Notes: generated from the sequence alone by a model not told the origin. A stretch of DNA of 62,920 nt, filler included, from Vannella sp. (GCA_023345925.1; 7 parts of 7 records of this genome joined end to end with filler, not necessarily neighbours in it), one strand, 5' to 3'; shown: positions 12,417 to 24,737, numbered from the whole stretch's first letter. Numbers and translations are program-made.

Positions 12417-13152
12417 GGCCAAACGAGCCATCTCACCAACTTTGCTCTTCTTCTTTCAGGAAGCTCGAGAGGCAGCGGAAGCGAAGACCCTTGTATCTCT
12501 TCGAGTCAAGACAACACATTGGCGTGGATCTCTCTGGGCTTGGTCGCGGGAGCCATCCTCATCGTTGCTCTTTCTGTCATTCTTGTTGAAGTTCGGACTC
12601 GCTGGCATATTAGGAAGCTCAACACTCAGATCGCCAGCCGCCTGAAGAACGGAAATATGTAAATTCAGACCTCTTTTGATGCTCCGTCGATTGATCTGAA
12701 AGACCCTCACATCAGGAAACCGGCAGAAGAGGACCGAGGTGGACAACCAACTATAAATGCTGTCACTGAATGCAGCCGGGGGATAAGCGTCCATTTATGG
12801 GAAGCGAATGGATGTGCGCACGGAAGCGGGAGCTTTCTCACGGAACTTCTTCTCTCACAGTAGAGGGAGATCTAAGCTCTTGGAGTTAAAGGACCTTTTT
12901 GCACAAGCCCAATTGTAGCAAAAACTAGTTCTCGTTAGTGGCAGAACGGGGCGTTTACCAACCAATGGCACCTGATGGATGCTGCGCCCCAAAGGATCAG
13001 CACCAGCCATCTTGCTGTCAATAATCGCCACCTACCGACCAAGCTTATGATTGCCATGTTTATGTTGTCTTGCCTTGGATACCTGTCGCTGAGCCTCGAA
13101 AAGTGTTCAGTGAGGAAATCTAATCAAATCAAATCAAATGGCGCCACTAGTC

Positions 13153-13197
13153 GGTTGAAGAGTGCCTCCAAATTCGATCGGGACCTTTACCAATGAA
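13153..13197. repeat. 45-bp dispersed repeat, copy B
   Basis: GGTTGAAGAGTGCCTCCAAATTCGATCGGGACCTTTACCAATGAA, matching 12272-12316. Confidence 0.75.
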
Positions 13198-13446
13198 CTT
13201 TTTGTGTGATTGTTAAGGCTCATTTGGTTGACATCCTGAAGAGAACTTACCGAGTTGGGATCGCAGTTTAAGGAAGCAATCATCTTGGTACGGTATGGCG
13301 ACCGACTTCCTCCCAGAAGACAAATGTCGACTCGTCGAAACCCGAAAATCTTTCTTGAAGCAAATCTTTGCTCACACAAAGCCGAAGGGGAGACAATTGG
13401 GAGTAGAATGATTAGAAGTTTTACTTTTCTCCTCAACACTGAGAAG

Positions 13447-16400
13447 ATGGCGGAGGCGCCTTCGCCCGTCTCTCTCATGCAAGTTCTGAATGATCCGTTC
13501 CTGTGTCAGCTGTTTCAAGAGTACTTGGAAGAGAGGCACTGTGAGGAGAGCTTGTTGTTCCTCGTGGACGCGGAGATCTTCCGCAGAGTCGGGTCTTTGG
13601 AGGAGCAGCGCGCCAAAGCCGAGCAAATGATCGAAACCTACTTCTTACCGCAGTCCTTACGGGAACTGAACATCGGCGATGAGTCTTTACGTCGCCAGCG
13701 CGCTCTGTTTGACTCTGTCAAGGACGACTTCTTCACCGAGGATGGACGTCAAACGACTTCTTCCTTGTGGGACACCTCCCAGGCTCAGACACGGCTTCTC
13801 CTTGCTCAACAACATCACCCAGAGTTCATCAAGTCTGACATGTTCGTTAACTACGCTCGCAAGGAGGGCCTGAGGAGTATCCCCTTGTACAGTGTGTTCC
13901 CACCCGAGAAAGCGTGGGGCTCCTTGTCTAGTCTCTCCACTTACTCTCGCCATGAGGCTGTAGTCTTTGCAGGAGAGTATCACCGCCTTCTGTTCCTCAT
14001 TGAGAAAGGAAGCATCAGAGTGGAGCGCCGAAACCAGCGTAAGTTGCACCTCTCCCTTCCATGCGCTTGCTTCTCACTCATTTCTCATAGCTGTGATGGT
14101 GTTGCATAAGAACGATGTGTTTGGAGAAGACCAGCTCTTCCTCTCAGGGCCCTCGCCTTGCACATACTTTGCTCTTGAAGACCAAACCTCGGTGAGGAAG
14201 ATTTCTGTCGATGAGCTGCTTGCTTCTTGCTCGCACAACAGGTTGGGATGCTCTATCTATGTAAGGGTACCTTCTAAGCTTGATTCAGGCGAACAGCGCT
14301 CGAGTTCTATCGATTCATGGCCGACATCGCCGCCCATCGGTTCATTCTTGCACTGGAGAACCTCTCTGAGGCGCTCTCTCTCCAAGCAGATAGAATGGGT
14401 GAAGTAACTGAACAACCTGTGTCCGCCCGATCGTCCCGCTCACGATCAGACTCGTCCGTGAAGAACCAAAAGTTCATCTTCCAGGACGTCAAGTGCTCCT
14501 GGCACACAAGCGAGGATAAGCGCGAGCACTTTGGAAAGCTTTGTGTTACAACAGAGCACGTAATATTCTCTTCCCGGAAAGCCCTTAAGACGGCCAGCTT
14601 CCAAGTCGCTCTACTTTCTCTCAGTAGCTGGTTTACATCACAGGGCAAAGGTCTGACGTTGGAAATCAAAGAACCAGCTTCTCAATTGTATATTGAGTGC
14701 GGCTCTGCGGATCTTGCTTGGAAGATTGTAGCGTTGATTACTCGAGCACGGAATCAGACTTTCACCCTTCCTTGTGGTCCCACTCCTTCAGAAAAGTACT
14801 GTCCAGCCAATGTGGAGTTGGAAAGCCACATGGCTGGGAAATTTCTGCCACGAGAAGATTTTTACACACTTTTCCGGACTGCCACATACTTACAGTTTGG
14901 GCGAGATTCCTTACTGTTGGAGATCGAATCTCACTTGGCAAGCCCAATCATGATTACAGCTGCTGGAAGGGTCCGCATCGAAGATAGCCAAGGGCGAGTA
15001 CTTTCTGTGCTCAATCCCGGCACATTCTTTGGGTTACCTTCGGTCCTGCCGACTGATGTAACTCGTACATCACTTCAAAAGCTCAGAGTGGTGGCAGACA
15101 GTGATGAAGTCCAAGTCTACCGATTGACTTTGGAGGAGTTTCAAGCCATCATGGCCGATAGAGAACTGTCGATTCGCCTTCAGAACCACGTCGCAGCATT
15201 TTATTCTCTTCAGCGAACGAACGTCTTGCGTTTACATGGAGAGTGTCTAAGGCAGCAGGTATATTTCCTTCTGATCTGGCTATTTCTCTTTACTGATCCA
15301 TACTTAGCCTCTACTGAAGATGGAACTGCGAGGAAATACATCAACTGAGAAATCCACATCAAAATGGAGACGATTACAGGTTACTTTGTTCGACCAAAGG
15401 ATGTGTTTGTTTGAATTCGAGACCAGCAGGATGTTCCACGTGCCCATTGGTAGCATTCTCGAAATTTCTCTTTCTGGTGAAGGCGTTCGGGACGAGAAAG
15501 TTGATAGAGATACTGTGGAATCTCCGCAGGAGATAAGTGCACTCATAATTGAGCGCGACCGATCTGAATGGAAGCTTTTGTTTGATAATTTGAAGGACAG
15601 AACTCTTTGGGTGATTGCTGTGGAAGGAATCTGCCGAGCGTACTTTGTCCCTACTATTCCAGCAGAAATTTGGAGCTCTCTCCTGCATGGAACATTCGTC
15701 CAACCGCTTCCAACCACTTCGTCCATCATCGAATATCGGAACTCTCCCTCGGGCGTCCTCTACTGGGCGGTAACAAAGGAAAAATCTTCGGTTACTGTCC
15801 AGTTTGGAGAGGAAGTATTCTCTTGGAATGGCCAGCAGTAAGTAACTTTCCTCATTTGCAATATCAAGACTCATTCCATTCCAGTTTTAGCCTCATTGGA
15901 GCCGAAACGCCCTTCGAAGGTTGGTGGGATGGAGTGAATCTTCAGGTTAAGTACAGAGGATCGTTTGTCAGCTTAAAGTGGAACGAATACTTCCATCGCT
16001 TCTTCTCTGTTACGAAAGACGAGCAAGAAATCTCTGTGGAGAAGCAAGAGAATTCAGACGGGCACATTCTAAAGGAAGCGGATGTGTGGGACTTCTGGGG
16101 CGTTTCTGTTCTTGAAAGTATTCCTCTTGCGGGTTTGCTGATGCTGTATCGTTTCGCCACAAAAAAAGTAATCCCAAGAAGCCTTAAAATGCCCTCTCCC
16201 ATTCAGAAGAGGAGAAAACTCTTCCTATCGCGGACATTTAGAGGAACCATCGTCAGTCAGCCGGTTCAAAGTGCCATCGATTTGTGTGGCCGTCCCATTC
16301 CTCCTTTGATTGAGGATTCTGTGGCACGCTTGAAGGTACATGGCGTGGAATTCGCTTGCCTCTTCTCTGCCTTTTGCGCCTCTGAGTTAGCATTCGAGTT

Positions 16401-16859
16401 AGCTCATAAGTACAGTGCCGGAGAATCCATCTCCATTGAAGAGTATCCTTCTGAGGTCATCGCTTTCGTGTTCAGAGCGTTTCTGGAATCCCAAGAAGAG
16501 CCGTTTATGCCTGAGAAAGCTGTATGGGAAACGGCCTACGGTACGTTCTCTCCATCTGCAGTGAAGCATCCTTACTCAGAGCACATTCAGACAACCTTCT
16601 CAAAGACAAGGGAACAGGAGAGAAAGAGCTTCTCCTCTCTATCGGATCGTCCCCGCACCCAAAATGCGCCATTTTTTTGCTCTCCTTCCTCGCCTTTGTT
16701 GCGCAACACTCTGCAGTGAACCAAATGACGCCCCAGTACCTGGCCGACATCTTCTCCAACTGTTTCTTCCGAAGCGGCGCTTCCCAGCGAGGAAGGAAAC
16801 TTTTCGTTTTTTGTTTGGAGAATCCGGCGCTTCTCCAGCGCTTTGCGGATGAGCTCTAA
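13447..16859 (+). CDS. Multidomain signalling protein: RGS - cNMP-binding - GRAM/PH-like - cNMP-binding - PH - RhoGAP-like (about 6 exons)
   Basis: RGS FQEYLEERHCEESLLFL...IETYFLPQSLRELNI; CNB LFLIEKGSIRVE...VLHKNDVFGE and GRVRIE...VLNPGTFFG; GRAM-like HFGKLCVTTEHVIFSS; PH WRRLQVTL...DRTLWVIAV; RhoGAP-like IPPLIEDSV...FLESQEEPFMP...VAQHSAVNQMTPQYLADIF. GT-AG introns join the ORFs in frame. Confidence 0.8.
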
Positions 16860-16922
16860 AGTGCTCTACTTGTGATAAGCTTCACCTGGAGGGTCAAAGG
16901 GATGATTTGAGGTCATTTGGGG

Positions 16923-19730
16923 ATGGCTTCGTCGAGGGTGCGGCTCTTTGTCGCGTTTTGGGCGGTTTGGTGGCTTTGTGCAGCGGTGGAGAGTGCGAAG
17001 AAGGACAATGGTTTGTTACTGGATAGTCCTTTGAGGCAGCGAGAGCCTTTCACGGCGGAGGAGATGCAGAACATGTTCTTGTCGGTGGTTTCCTTCACTT
17101 TCTCGTGATTGGTGTGCTCACTGGGGCTGTGAGCAGCGGGTTGACGTTCGAGGAAGCAGATTTGGACAACGAGTGCCGGCTGGAAGTCGATATGCAGTGG
17201 ATGGCTGTGCTGGATGGCGCTCAGTTGCCCTCGTCGCCTCTCATCGGCGATTTCCGCAATGATGGGAAGAAGGAGATCGTCATTGCTGTAGGAAAGGAGT
17301 ACATTGAAGTCATCGAAGGAGAGAATGGAAGTAAGGAGCCTGGCTGGCCTTACTACGTTCCAGATCGAACCTTTTCGGCCACTCCCGTCGACCACGACCT
17401 TGTTGGGTCAAGCTACCGCGATATTGTGGTTCCTACCGACTCTGGAGAGATTCTGTTCTTAACGTACGTTGCCTATGCGTGGTATCTCGTCTAATGGAGT
17501 AGAGAGGGCGGTTTCCCTTACAACGGAGCAACATTGAAGGTTCCTGACTACTCTGTGGGGCTCCGTTGGTTCGTCAAGTACATCGAACAGAACCAGACTC
17601 TTTACAAACCACTCTACCAGTCTTTGCCAACACGTCAGGAGCGGATTGAGTGAGTATCGGTCTGAACTCTCCCTCGATTGGCCTCTCCTAACCCTCTGCG
17701 AGTACAGGAAGTGGAAGAAAGAGTTGAAGAAGTACATGGAATTGAACGAGGAGATCCTCCAAGCCAATGCTCTTCGCAATCAAGAGGTCAAGACGGAGGA
17801 GGATTACAACAAGCGCTTGGAGAAGATCCTCGTCGAACACGTGGTAGAACAGCAGAAGCAGGTTGACCACCACAAAGAGAAGCTTGCTCAGATGCTCTCG
17901 CAACGTCGCCGCCTTCAGCAGGTGGAGGAGGAGGAGGAGGAGGACGATCAGGAGGACGAACGTGGCGCTCGCTTCATGAGGGCGCAGCGCCGAGCGAAGA
18001 ACAAACCTACTGGAGAGCTTCATACCTTTGATGGTGTTCAGGGCTGGCTCACCGACCAAGGTGTCGAGAGTTTGGAGCTGTTCTTGCCAACAGAGATGAG
18101 CGCCTCCTTCATCTCTGCTCTCCGCTCCACTACCAATCTTCTGCACTCCCCACAGCTTGACCACTACTATGAAGTGATGGGGAAAGACACAGGCAAGAGT
18201 AGTGAAGAGGTCAAACTCATCCCACGCATTGTGGGCTCGCCCATCATTGTCGACTTGGAGGGAGACGGACACAATGAGCTCGTTGTGGCCGTCAACTATG
18301 CTCCAGATATGACCAAGAACTCGCCTGGCAAGTCGCGGATGTATTTGGTGACTGCAATTGTTGCGTTTGACTTGATGATTCATCAGATTAAGTGGATTTC
18401 TCACTTGGAATTGTCCGCTTCTTTGGAAAACTTTCACGCTTTCATTAGCAGTGCTCCGACGATTATTGACCTTGATGGGGATGGAGAATTGAACATTATT
18501 GTGGGGACTGGAATGGGCCAGATTCATGTGCTGGATAACTACGGCATCCCTTTGACTGGTTTCCCTATTGCTGGAATGAACCAGATTCTGGCGCCGGTTG
18601 CTGTGGAGGATCTAGATCAAGATGGCGCTCTCGATATTATTGCGATTGATGTTATTAGTACCATGGCTGTTTACTCCTCCAAGGGAGTGATGCAATGGAA
18701 CGTTCAGCTCACAGGTGGCTGTACCACCGCTCCTGCGATTGCAGACATTGACGCCGACGGAGTTCTTGATGTGGTTGTGACTTGCGCTTCTGGCGGTGTT
18801 CATGTTGTGTGAGTTAATTGAATGCAAACAAGATGAGACTAATGAGCGGAAAGTGATGCGTTTGGACAACAAGAAGCCCCTTTCCCGATACTTCAAGAAG
18901 AGGGCGCTCGTGGAAGTCCAACATTAATGAAGATGGGAGATGATGCGCACTTCCATGTCCTTTCAATGGCATCAAGCGGCCATCTGTACATTACTGATGG
19001 TAAAGATGGATGCACTGAGGTAATTGATCTCGGGCTAGGTGCTGGACTATATCCTTTCCCCCTGTTTCTATTTGATTGCTTTCCCTTTTTCCCTTTTTCC
19101 TTAACCATAACTCACGATGGCCCCAATGATCATCGCAGACGACATCACAGGGGACGGAATGATGAATTTACTCATTACGACAGGATTCCGCTTTGTTTAT
19201 TGCCTTACGACGGACACAAAGTACCATCCTCTCAATGAGTGGGTCTCTCCAACGCACAAACGGAACGTTTTTACTTCCTCTTATCACCAAGGTATCTTTA
19301 TCAGTGAAGATAACAGAGACCATCGGGATATCTCTGGTGATGAGTTCCTTCTCCAATTTGAAATCGTAGATAATCGCAAAACCCGGAACAACGCTTACTA
19401 TGATGTCCAAGTGAAGCTCAGAAGGGACCTGGATCCTTTGTTTGCTGGCCGATTCTCAGAACCAGGACCAAAATCCATTCTTATCTCTGTTCCTGCAGAC
19501 AGGATGGCGGGAACTTTGCGGGTGGAAATGACCAACGAACACCAGCAGTTCTTCACTGATGCCATCTCACTCACCTTCAACACACGATTCTATCGAAGCA
19601 TTAAGGTATGACAACCCAACCTGTATGTTCTCTTTCTCATTCTTTTTAGTGGATCATTGTGATCCCTTTTGCCATTTCCGCGCTTTTTGTTTTGTTCATG
19701 AAAAAGGAATTTACGGAAATGATTCTCTAA
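16923..19730 (+). CDS. DEX1: DEX1-like FG-GAP repeat membrane protein
   Basis: Signal peptide; SPLIGDFRNDGKKEIV...IEVIEGENGSKEPGWP; multiple DLDGDG/DIDADG FG-GAP motifs; C-terminal LRVEMTNEHQQFFTDAISLTFNTRFYRSIK|WIIVIPFAISALFVLF TM segment, as in plant DEFECTIVE IN EXINE FORMATION 1. Confidence 0.82.
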
Positions 19731-19817
19731 TGAAGAACTCCTTTTGACTCAGTCGAGCGTGCAACTCATTCATCTGGAACGATTTTTTATTGAAAACTAA
19801 TATTGTAACCTGTGATT

Positions 19818-22800
19818 TTAGTCCAAATTGAAGAAGAGGTGTCGACTGGTCGTGCTGCTCCTCAATCTTTCAAGAGCGCTTTCTTGGACGAGAGCGGAAG
19901 GGGGAAGGCCGTGAATGACACTGGCCATTATCAGTGCACTTCGTTCCACTCGTTCAATGGGATTGGCATTCTCCATTACCACGTAGTCTATCAGACTTTC
20001 TCCAAAGCAATGCGTCCCTGCCATAACGACGTGCAAGTCACTTTCCCCCAGAATGAGTCCGCCAGAGCGTGAGAGAGCGTCCAATAAGTCGAAAGCTCGG
20101 TCTTTTTCTTTGTCTGCCATCTCGCGGTCGATGAAGGACATTTCAGGTTTGCCCAACAAGCCTCGGTGGACTTCCTTTGTCCAAGTTGTTTGTGGCTTAA
20201 GGATAGTAGAGCAAACAGCAGCATCAAGATCCAGTTCTTCCAGTTGGCTGTTCAATTCACCGGGCATCAGAGTCAAGTCCACAGAAGCAGAATCAGAAGG
20301 ATTTCCTTTCCCTATCTGATACTCTTTTTGGTCATCTGCTTCCTCTTCAGGCTGCTCTTCGACTGCCTCTTCGGCTTGAATGGGCTCCTCACCGCTCTCC
20401 TCTCTTGTGTCCTTCATAGGAGGTATTAATTCCTGTGTGATAGAATCACAAACAATTTCGGGTTCGAAACTCTTTGATTCTTCTTTTTCGTAGAAGCTAC
20501 TGCAAGAAGATGGCATGTCAATGGAGACGTTATCTGCGAAACTGAAACTTGAAAAACAGTCGGATTCTTCCATTATTACGCAAGCCATTTCGTTCAACCT
20601 AGCAACCCCGCCAAAAATCTGATCCAGTGTTTCGTCCTGTCGATCAATTTGCGACTGATAATCTTGATCGTAATTGATCACCGCGCATTCTTCCTCATCT
20701 TCGCCTTCACTGCTGGCAGTTGGGTGAAGATACTCCTGCTCCTGCCGAACTTGGGCAATCTCGCGATCTTTGCAATCTTGAATCATCTTGCTGATAGCCG
20801 CCGCATTATTGCGCACCTGGTCCACCTTTTCCCTATTCTGCCACCCTGGCTCCTTTTCCTCAGATTGTGCTGGTGGTTGGAGGAGAACCCAGTCCCCTTC
20901 AACGATATTCGGTTGTTCCTTTTCTTCTTCGAAAGAGAGTTGGTCGCTGGGGATCTGATACTCCATCAAATGGTGAAGGAGAGTCTGATTCAACTTGATC
21001 TCTTTTGTTAAGCTGCCGCTGGGTAGATTCATCACAGCTTCGATAGCGGGTTTGATTTGGATAGTCAACAAGGTAAACAAAGTGCTTGATAACTGCATAG
21101 CGCGGAATGCCTTTGCAAAGGCCCTTGCCTCAGGCGACAGAGATTCGACACTCTTGGCGAAAGCTTTTGCGGTGGGAAGCTCTTCGCAGAGCAATTCCAC
21201 GAGAGCTTGATCCTTGTTTGCAATGATGATGCCTTCGACAGCAGAGAACTCATCTGGACCACTCAAAGTACCAATGAGAAGGACAAAGCTGCTGAATTGA
21301 CGAGCTCGACCATTAATTCGCCCATTACCGACCGTTTCATTGCCAAAGCGGTGTCGGATCCATGCGTGGACATTACGACGAGCTGCCACCTGTACTGTCG
21401 TTGATGCGTTTAACTTTAAATTGATTGCAGGTCCATTCCCATTGCTCACTTGCCGTTGAAGTGTTAGAATGGGCGCCATACTTCCGTCTGCTCGAGCTGA
21501 CTCCACACTGATGGTGCCTTCAGGACTGTTAGTACCACGGCGGACCGCAAAGCACATCTGTTCAGGGGCGAACTCTGGCCGCATAAGTCCTTTCATGTGA
21601 TAAGCCATGTACTCTCCAAAGTCATCCTGGCCTATTTCCTTCCCTATGGCAGCCAGAAGCTGTTGGCGTATCATGTCTTCAATGTAACTAACCCCTTCTG
21701 CCATTGCAGAGCAAACATCTCGGGTATGGAGGAGGGCGAGCAAGAGAGTGGCCTCCGCTCCCTGTGCAACACCCCCAGGAGTGGAGGGCATGCCTTCTTT
21801 CTTGCCAGGCACAGGTTTGGGGAAGATCTTAACCAGCTCTTCCACCTTTTGGTCCAGCCCGCGACGTTCCTCTTCAAGGAAGCGTTCAATGTCGGCCTCG
21901 CTCATCAATAGAGACTCGCCTTCCAGCTTCCCACGTGGCTGTACTGAGATGAGAATACCTGCAGCAGAACCATTGGCGTCTTGTGACACAGCACGGTCAA
22001 AGAGGGGCAGAACAGGAACAAAGATGTTCTCCGATGTGATGGATTCCCAAGGCAGAGGGTTCTTGGGTGCATCAGGAGCCATCGCAGCTACTGGAAACAA
22101 GCATTGACGGAGGTAGTCACTCACGCTCTCCACCCATCTCGCCAAGCGCTCAAAGTAATCGTGCGCGGCCTCCACTTCCGCGTTACGTCGAGGAGTCTTG
22201 CACGTCGCCAGAGAGCGGTCAATAGAGAACGCAATGTTCAGTGGATGGGTTGAGCCGGCGGGGGCCGCTTGTAAGTTCTTCAGGAGCCAGGTGATGTCCA
22301 ACTCATAAGGGCCGAATGGAGCCGACTCAGGACAGGGTGGGACGTCCGACGCAGTCAGTATTGTTGATGCTCCTTGTCCATGTAACAGAGTAAGAGAGTC
22401 AGAGCCGTCAGGATCATTGCCACGGAAGCAATGGAGGCGATACTCGTTCCGAAAGCTCCAATAGTAGTCCTGGTAGGTAGTGACAAGCTTCTGCGTGGCG
22501 AAGGAGCTTATGAAACGGGTTACTCTTTGTGTAGAGCTGGACACTTTGCGCTCTCTCATCTCCAGGAAGGAGCAGTTGTGGTGGGCGGTGAAGCGCAAGG
22601 TCACTGTGCGCTCCTTCGCCCATGGCTGCATCTGAAGGAGACTCTCTGAAGTAAGACCAAGAAGGCGGAGAGTTTCCACGTGAGAGGCAAGCGCACAGTT
22701 GACCACAAAAGAAGCCAAGAAGAACTTGTCTGCATAGGCGTGCTCTACATCAGCAGCACCCTCTGGGTTCCTTGTAACCTCCAAGATGGTCCGAATCCTC

Positions 22801-22853
22801 TCTTGGGCGCGTTCCAACTTCTGCAAGAACCGCTGCTTCTCAAAAGCGTCCAT
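19818..22853 (-). CDS. Large intronless hypothetical protein (~1011 aa)
   Basis: Long open frame, likely starting at MDAFEKQRF. Globular-looking blocks are separated by an acidic linker that contains a SNARE-like half motif. Confidence 0.85.
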   Translation of the reverse strand: MDAFEKQRFLQKLERAQERIRTILEVTRNPEGAADVEHAYADKFFLASFVVNCALASHVETLRLLGLTSESLLQMQPWAKERTVTLRFTAHHNCSFLEMRERKVSSSTQRVTRFISSFATQKLVTTYQDYYWSFRNEYRLHCFRGNDPDGSDSLTLLHGQGASTILTASDVPPCPESAPFGPYELDITWLLKNLQAAPAGSTHPLNIAFSIDRSLATCKTPRRNAEVEAAHDYFERLARWVESVSDYLRQCLFPVAAMAPDAPKNPLPWESITSENIFVPVLPLFDRAVSQDANGSAAGILISVQPRGKLEGESLLMSEADIERFLEEERRGLDQKVEELVKIFPKPVPGKKEGMPSTPGGVAQGAEATLLLALLHTRDVCSAMAEGVSYIEDMIRQQLLAAIGKEIGQDDFGEYMAYHMKGLMRPEFAPEQMCFAVRRGTNSPEGTISVESARADGSMAPILTLQRQVSNGNGPAINLKLNASTTVQVAARRNVHAWIRHRFGNETVGNGRINGRARQFSSFVLLIGTLSGPDEFSAVEGIIIANKDQALVELLCEELPTAKAFAKSVESLSPEARAFAKAFRAMQLSSTLFTLLTIQIKPAIEAVMNLPSGSLTKEIKLNQTLLHHLMEYQIPSDQLSFEEEKEQPNIVEGDWVLLQPPAQSEEKEPGWQNREKVDQVRNNAAAISKMIQDCKDREIAQVRQEQEYLHPTASSEGEDEEECAVINYDQDYQSQIDRQDETLDQIFGGVARLNEMACVIMEESDCFSSFSFADNVSIDMPSSCSSFYEKEESKSFEPEIVCDSITQELIPPMKDTREESGEEPIQAEEAVEEQPEEEADDQKEYQIGKGNPSDSASVDLTLMPGELNSQLEELDLDAAVCSTILKPQTTWTKEVHRGLLGKPEMSFIDREMADKEKDRAFDLLDALSRSGGLILGESDLHVVMAGTHCFGESLIDYVVMENANPIERVERSALIMASVIHGLPPSALVQESALERLRSSTTSRHLFFNLD

Positions 22854-23100
22854 TTCCCTCCCGCCCCAAAGAGAGCTCTGGATCAAATAAATGAGAAATC
22901 TCCCAAAAGTCCCCAAATCACCCAAATAAAAAGGAGCTGGCAGATTCAGATTGATGTATTCAGATAAAAGAAAGGAAAGCGGGCAAGTCATAAATAGCTT
23001 AAAAAGCCATCAGAGAGCGGAGATGGCAAACTTGATTGCCTCCAGAAAGAGCTCCTCAGATCGCCATCATCCAAATGCCAAACATTCCCGCTACAAGAGA

Positions 23101-23200
23101 NNNNNNNNNNNNNNNNNNNNNNNNNNNNNNNNNNNNNNNNNNNNTTAATTAATTAANNNNNNNNNNNNNNNNNNNNNNNNNNNNNNNNNNNNNNNNNNNN
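23101..23200. other. Artificial contig spacer
   Basis: N44-TTAATTAATTAA-N44. Confidence 0.98.
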
Positions 23201-23447
23201 ATCTCCACTATTTAAAGAGGTATCTGTCTCAAAATAAACTCTTCTCTCACCGACTGCCACCGTCCCCACCAGGACCAAGTTTCTACACAAGGAACAATCC
23301 ATCATGGTTCTTGTTCCTGGTCAGAACACACAAACCATTCCCATCTTTTCCCATCTTATCCCGGATAAATCCCGGTTTGGACTTTTTTTTTTTGCGGGAT
23401 ACAAGAATCGGGATGTGAATGAAAGTACTTCATTATTTCTTGGCATC

Positions 23448-24578
23448 ATGTTTGGAGGCTCGTTTGGAGGAGCTGCTGGTGGCAACCCGAATGGAGACGG
23501 GGAAGTGGTTGGCCCTCCGTCGGAGACGGTAACTTCGCTGGTTTGGAGTTCAAAGGCGAACCACTTGGTGGCTACTTCGTGGGACAAGACTGTCCGGTGT
23601 TGGGAGATTCGACCTGCTGGTGCTTCCATCGGTTCGGAAGCCAAGTTGCAACACACCGCCCACACCCAACCTGTTCTCTGCTCCGATTGGCATGATGGAG
23701 GCGCCAAAGTCTTCTCTGGGGGCTGTGACAACAAGGCTCTTGCATGGGACCTAGCCACTAGCCAGACCACGCAAGTGGGAGAGCACGCCGCTCCCATCAA
23801 GACAATCGCCTTTGTTCGGTCCCCCACTGCGGGGGAACTGGTCATCACAGGAAGTTGGGACAAGACCCTCAAGTTCTGGGATCTGAGACAGCCTCAAGCT
23901 ATCCTCTCCAACCAGTTACCTCATAAGGTGTCCTGCATGGATGTCAAGTATCCTCTTTGCGCAGTTGGGACTGAGGGACAACGCGTGATAGTCTACAACT
24001 TGGACAATCCACAAAACCCCTTCAAGGTAAGCCACTCTCCCAGTGGCGAGAGCCCTTCTAACTGTAGTAGACTTTCGAGAGTGGCTTGAAGTTGCAGTCT
24101 CGATCGATCTCCTGCATGACTGACAAGACTGGGTACACCATTGGGTCTATTGAAGGACGCGTGAGAGTCGAATACCTTAACATGGCCTCGTAAGCACCAA
24201 TCCCGCCCCCAAGAGACTCCCTATTGACTCTTCTGCAGCCCTGGGTTCGCTTTCAAGTGCCACAGAGACACCAAAACGAACATTGCCTATCCAGTGAACG
24301 CTTTAGCATTCCATCCCGTCAATGGAACCTTTGCCACAGCAGGAGGGGACGGCGCGTACCACTTCTGGGACCAAAAGTCCAAGTCCCGCCTCAAGGCGTT
24401 CAAGAACTGCTCCGGCCCCATCACAGCAGTGAACTTTAACCAGACGGGCGAGCTTTTTGCCTATGCCATTGGATACGACTGGGCCAAAGGCGCTGGCGGG
24501 TACAACGAGGCCAAGTCCAACAACCACATTTATGTCCACACGGGCAGCGATGTTGATACCAAGATCAAGCCCAAGTAG
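23448..24578 (+). CDS. RAE1: mRNA export factor Rae1/Gle2 (WD40; 3 exons)
   Basis: ATSWDKTVRCWEI, ITGSWDKTLKFWDLR, GSIEGRV, FAFKCHR, VNALAFHPVNGTFATAGGDG, YAIGYDWAKG. Confidence 0.93.
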
Positions 24579-24696
24579 ATGAATAAACAAAGGAACCTCC
24601 TTCAACGCTCCGTGTGGGACTGGAAACGGGGTCCAAGAGAATCTCAATCTCCGCTTTGGGTCAGAGGAAGAGCTCTCTTCGTGAGCATTCTAGTGC

Positions 24697-24737
24697 ATAG
24701 CTCACTGTGAAGTAGCTCGCACTTCACAGTGAACTAT
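24697..24737. other. Intergenic hairpin (17-bp stem, 1 mismatch, 7-nt loop)
   Basis: ATAGCTCACTGTGAAGT-agctcgc-ACTTCACAGTGAACTAT. Confidence 0.7.

Noticed and set aside
12417..12794. Minus-strand ORF MDAYPPAAF...
   Set aside because: No recognisable domain or convincing splice model; may be a truncated gene but is unsupported.
17688..18527. Long antisense ORF (279 aa) and similar shadow ORFs
   Set aside because: They overlap well-supported genes on the opposite strand and are a by-product of codon usage.
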